From NCBI RefSeq assembly GCF_004010195.1, contig NC_057720.1, forward strand, positions 13,595,189-13,659,188: a stretch of 64,000 nucleotides of DNA, given 5' to 3'. The DNA comes from Chiloscyllium plagiosum. Taxonomy: Eukaryota. Below are positions 63,405-64,000 of the stretch, piece by piece; within the stretch, counting starts at the first letter, position 1, and every line of letters begins with the position of its first letter. The position numbers were made by a program, and so were the translations under genes. The notes under the pieces were generated by a model, which made no database searches, was not told the DNA's origin, and saw only the letters and a program-made list of their open reading frames with translations.

Positions 63405-63531
63405 GGAAGAAGTTTAATGCCTGAAACCTTGACTCTCTTGCTCCTCAGATGCTGCCTGACCTGCTGTGCTTGTTCCAATGCCACACTTTATCAACTCTGA
63501 TTCTCCAGCTTCTGCAGTCCTCACTTTCTTC
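63405..63531 (+). mobile_element. decayed PLE family A terminal-repeat fragment
   Basis: 11-bp TSD tggtaggacta at 63394-63404 and 63532-63542. Confidence 0.8.
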
Positions 63532-64000
63532 TGGTAGGACTATGCCATCTTTACCCTTACCATTACGTGTTGTAGCTGCACCCACAGTGCTATTAAGCAG
63601 AGAATATGTGCATTACTAGCTGTAAGTCAACTACAGCTTCAGCCCACACAGAGAAGGATTTCTATGCAACGTTTCTTGCGCAACTATAACAGCTGTACTT
63701 CACCTCCCAGGTTGTGGTCATTGTCCCTTAGAATACAACTATCTGTGCTACAAAGTGGAGAGATGTGTGTGAAGATTGCAGTTATTCCAAAACTGGGATG
63801 GTAACAGACCTGCCATTGGCATTTTCATTTGTAGTTAAAGTGCTGACTAGTGTCTGGGTCATCTTATTCCAGCCGTCAGAGATGTGGAGCAAGCTGCTTG
63901 GACTGGCTGGTTCTTTTCCTGCCCATTAATTCTGAATGCTCGTAATCCTTTCTTGGCATTTTTGCATGACTGCGCCAGACATCTTTAAGAGTGCGTGAGA

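Overview
Repeat-dense vertebrate non-coding DNA. The repeat families (HE1-type V-SINE, HER1/CR1 LINEs, Penelope-like elements) point to a cartilaginous fish such as a shark; this is inference. I found no recognisable host protein-coding exon, and nearly all long ORFs are transposon remnants or tandem-repeat artefacts. The window holds about 16 HE1-type SINEs, about 8 copies of a second tRNA-headed SINE, two long degenerate CR1 LINEs plus many 3' fragments, Rex1/Babar fragments, and a decayed Gypsy element carrying nested insertions. It also holds about 20 Penelope-like (PLE) pieces from at least four families. Most notable: (i) minimal type I hammerhead ribozyme cores whose stem II covaries across the PLE families, including 200-470 bp non-coding palindromic mini-elements with 11-17 bp TSDs and ribozyme motifs on both strands; (ii) eight TAATTA homeodomain sites in 300 bp of unique DNA (11600-11897); (iii) a 51-bp minisatellite expanded inside one SINE; (iv) an interstitial TTAGGG-derived 43-bp satellite. 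There are two assembly gaps. All calls were made by eye without database searches, and boundaries lacking a TSD are approximate.
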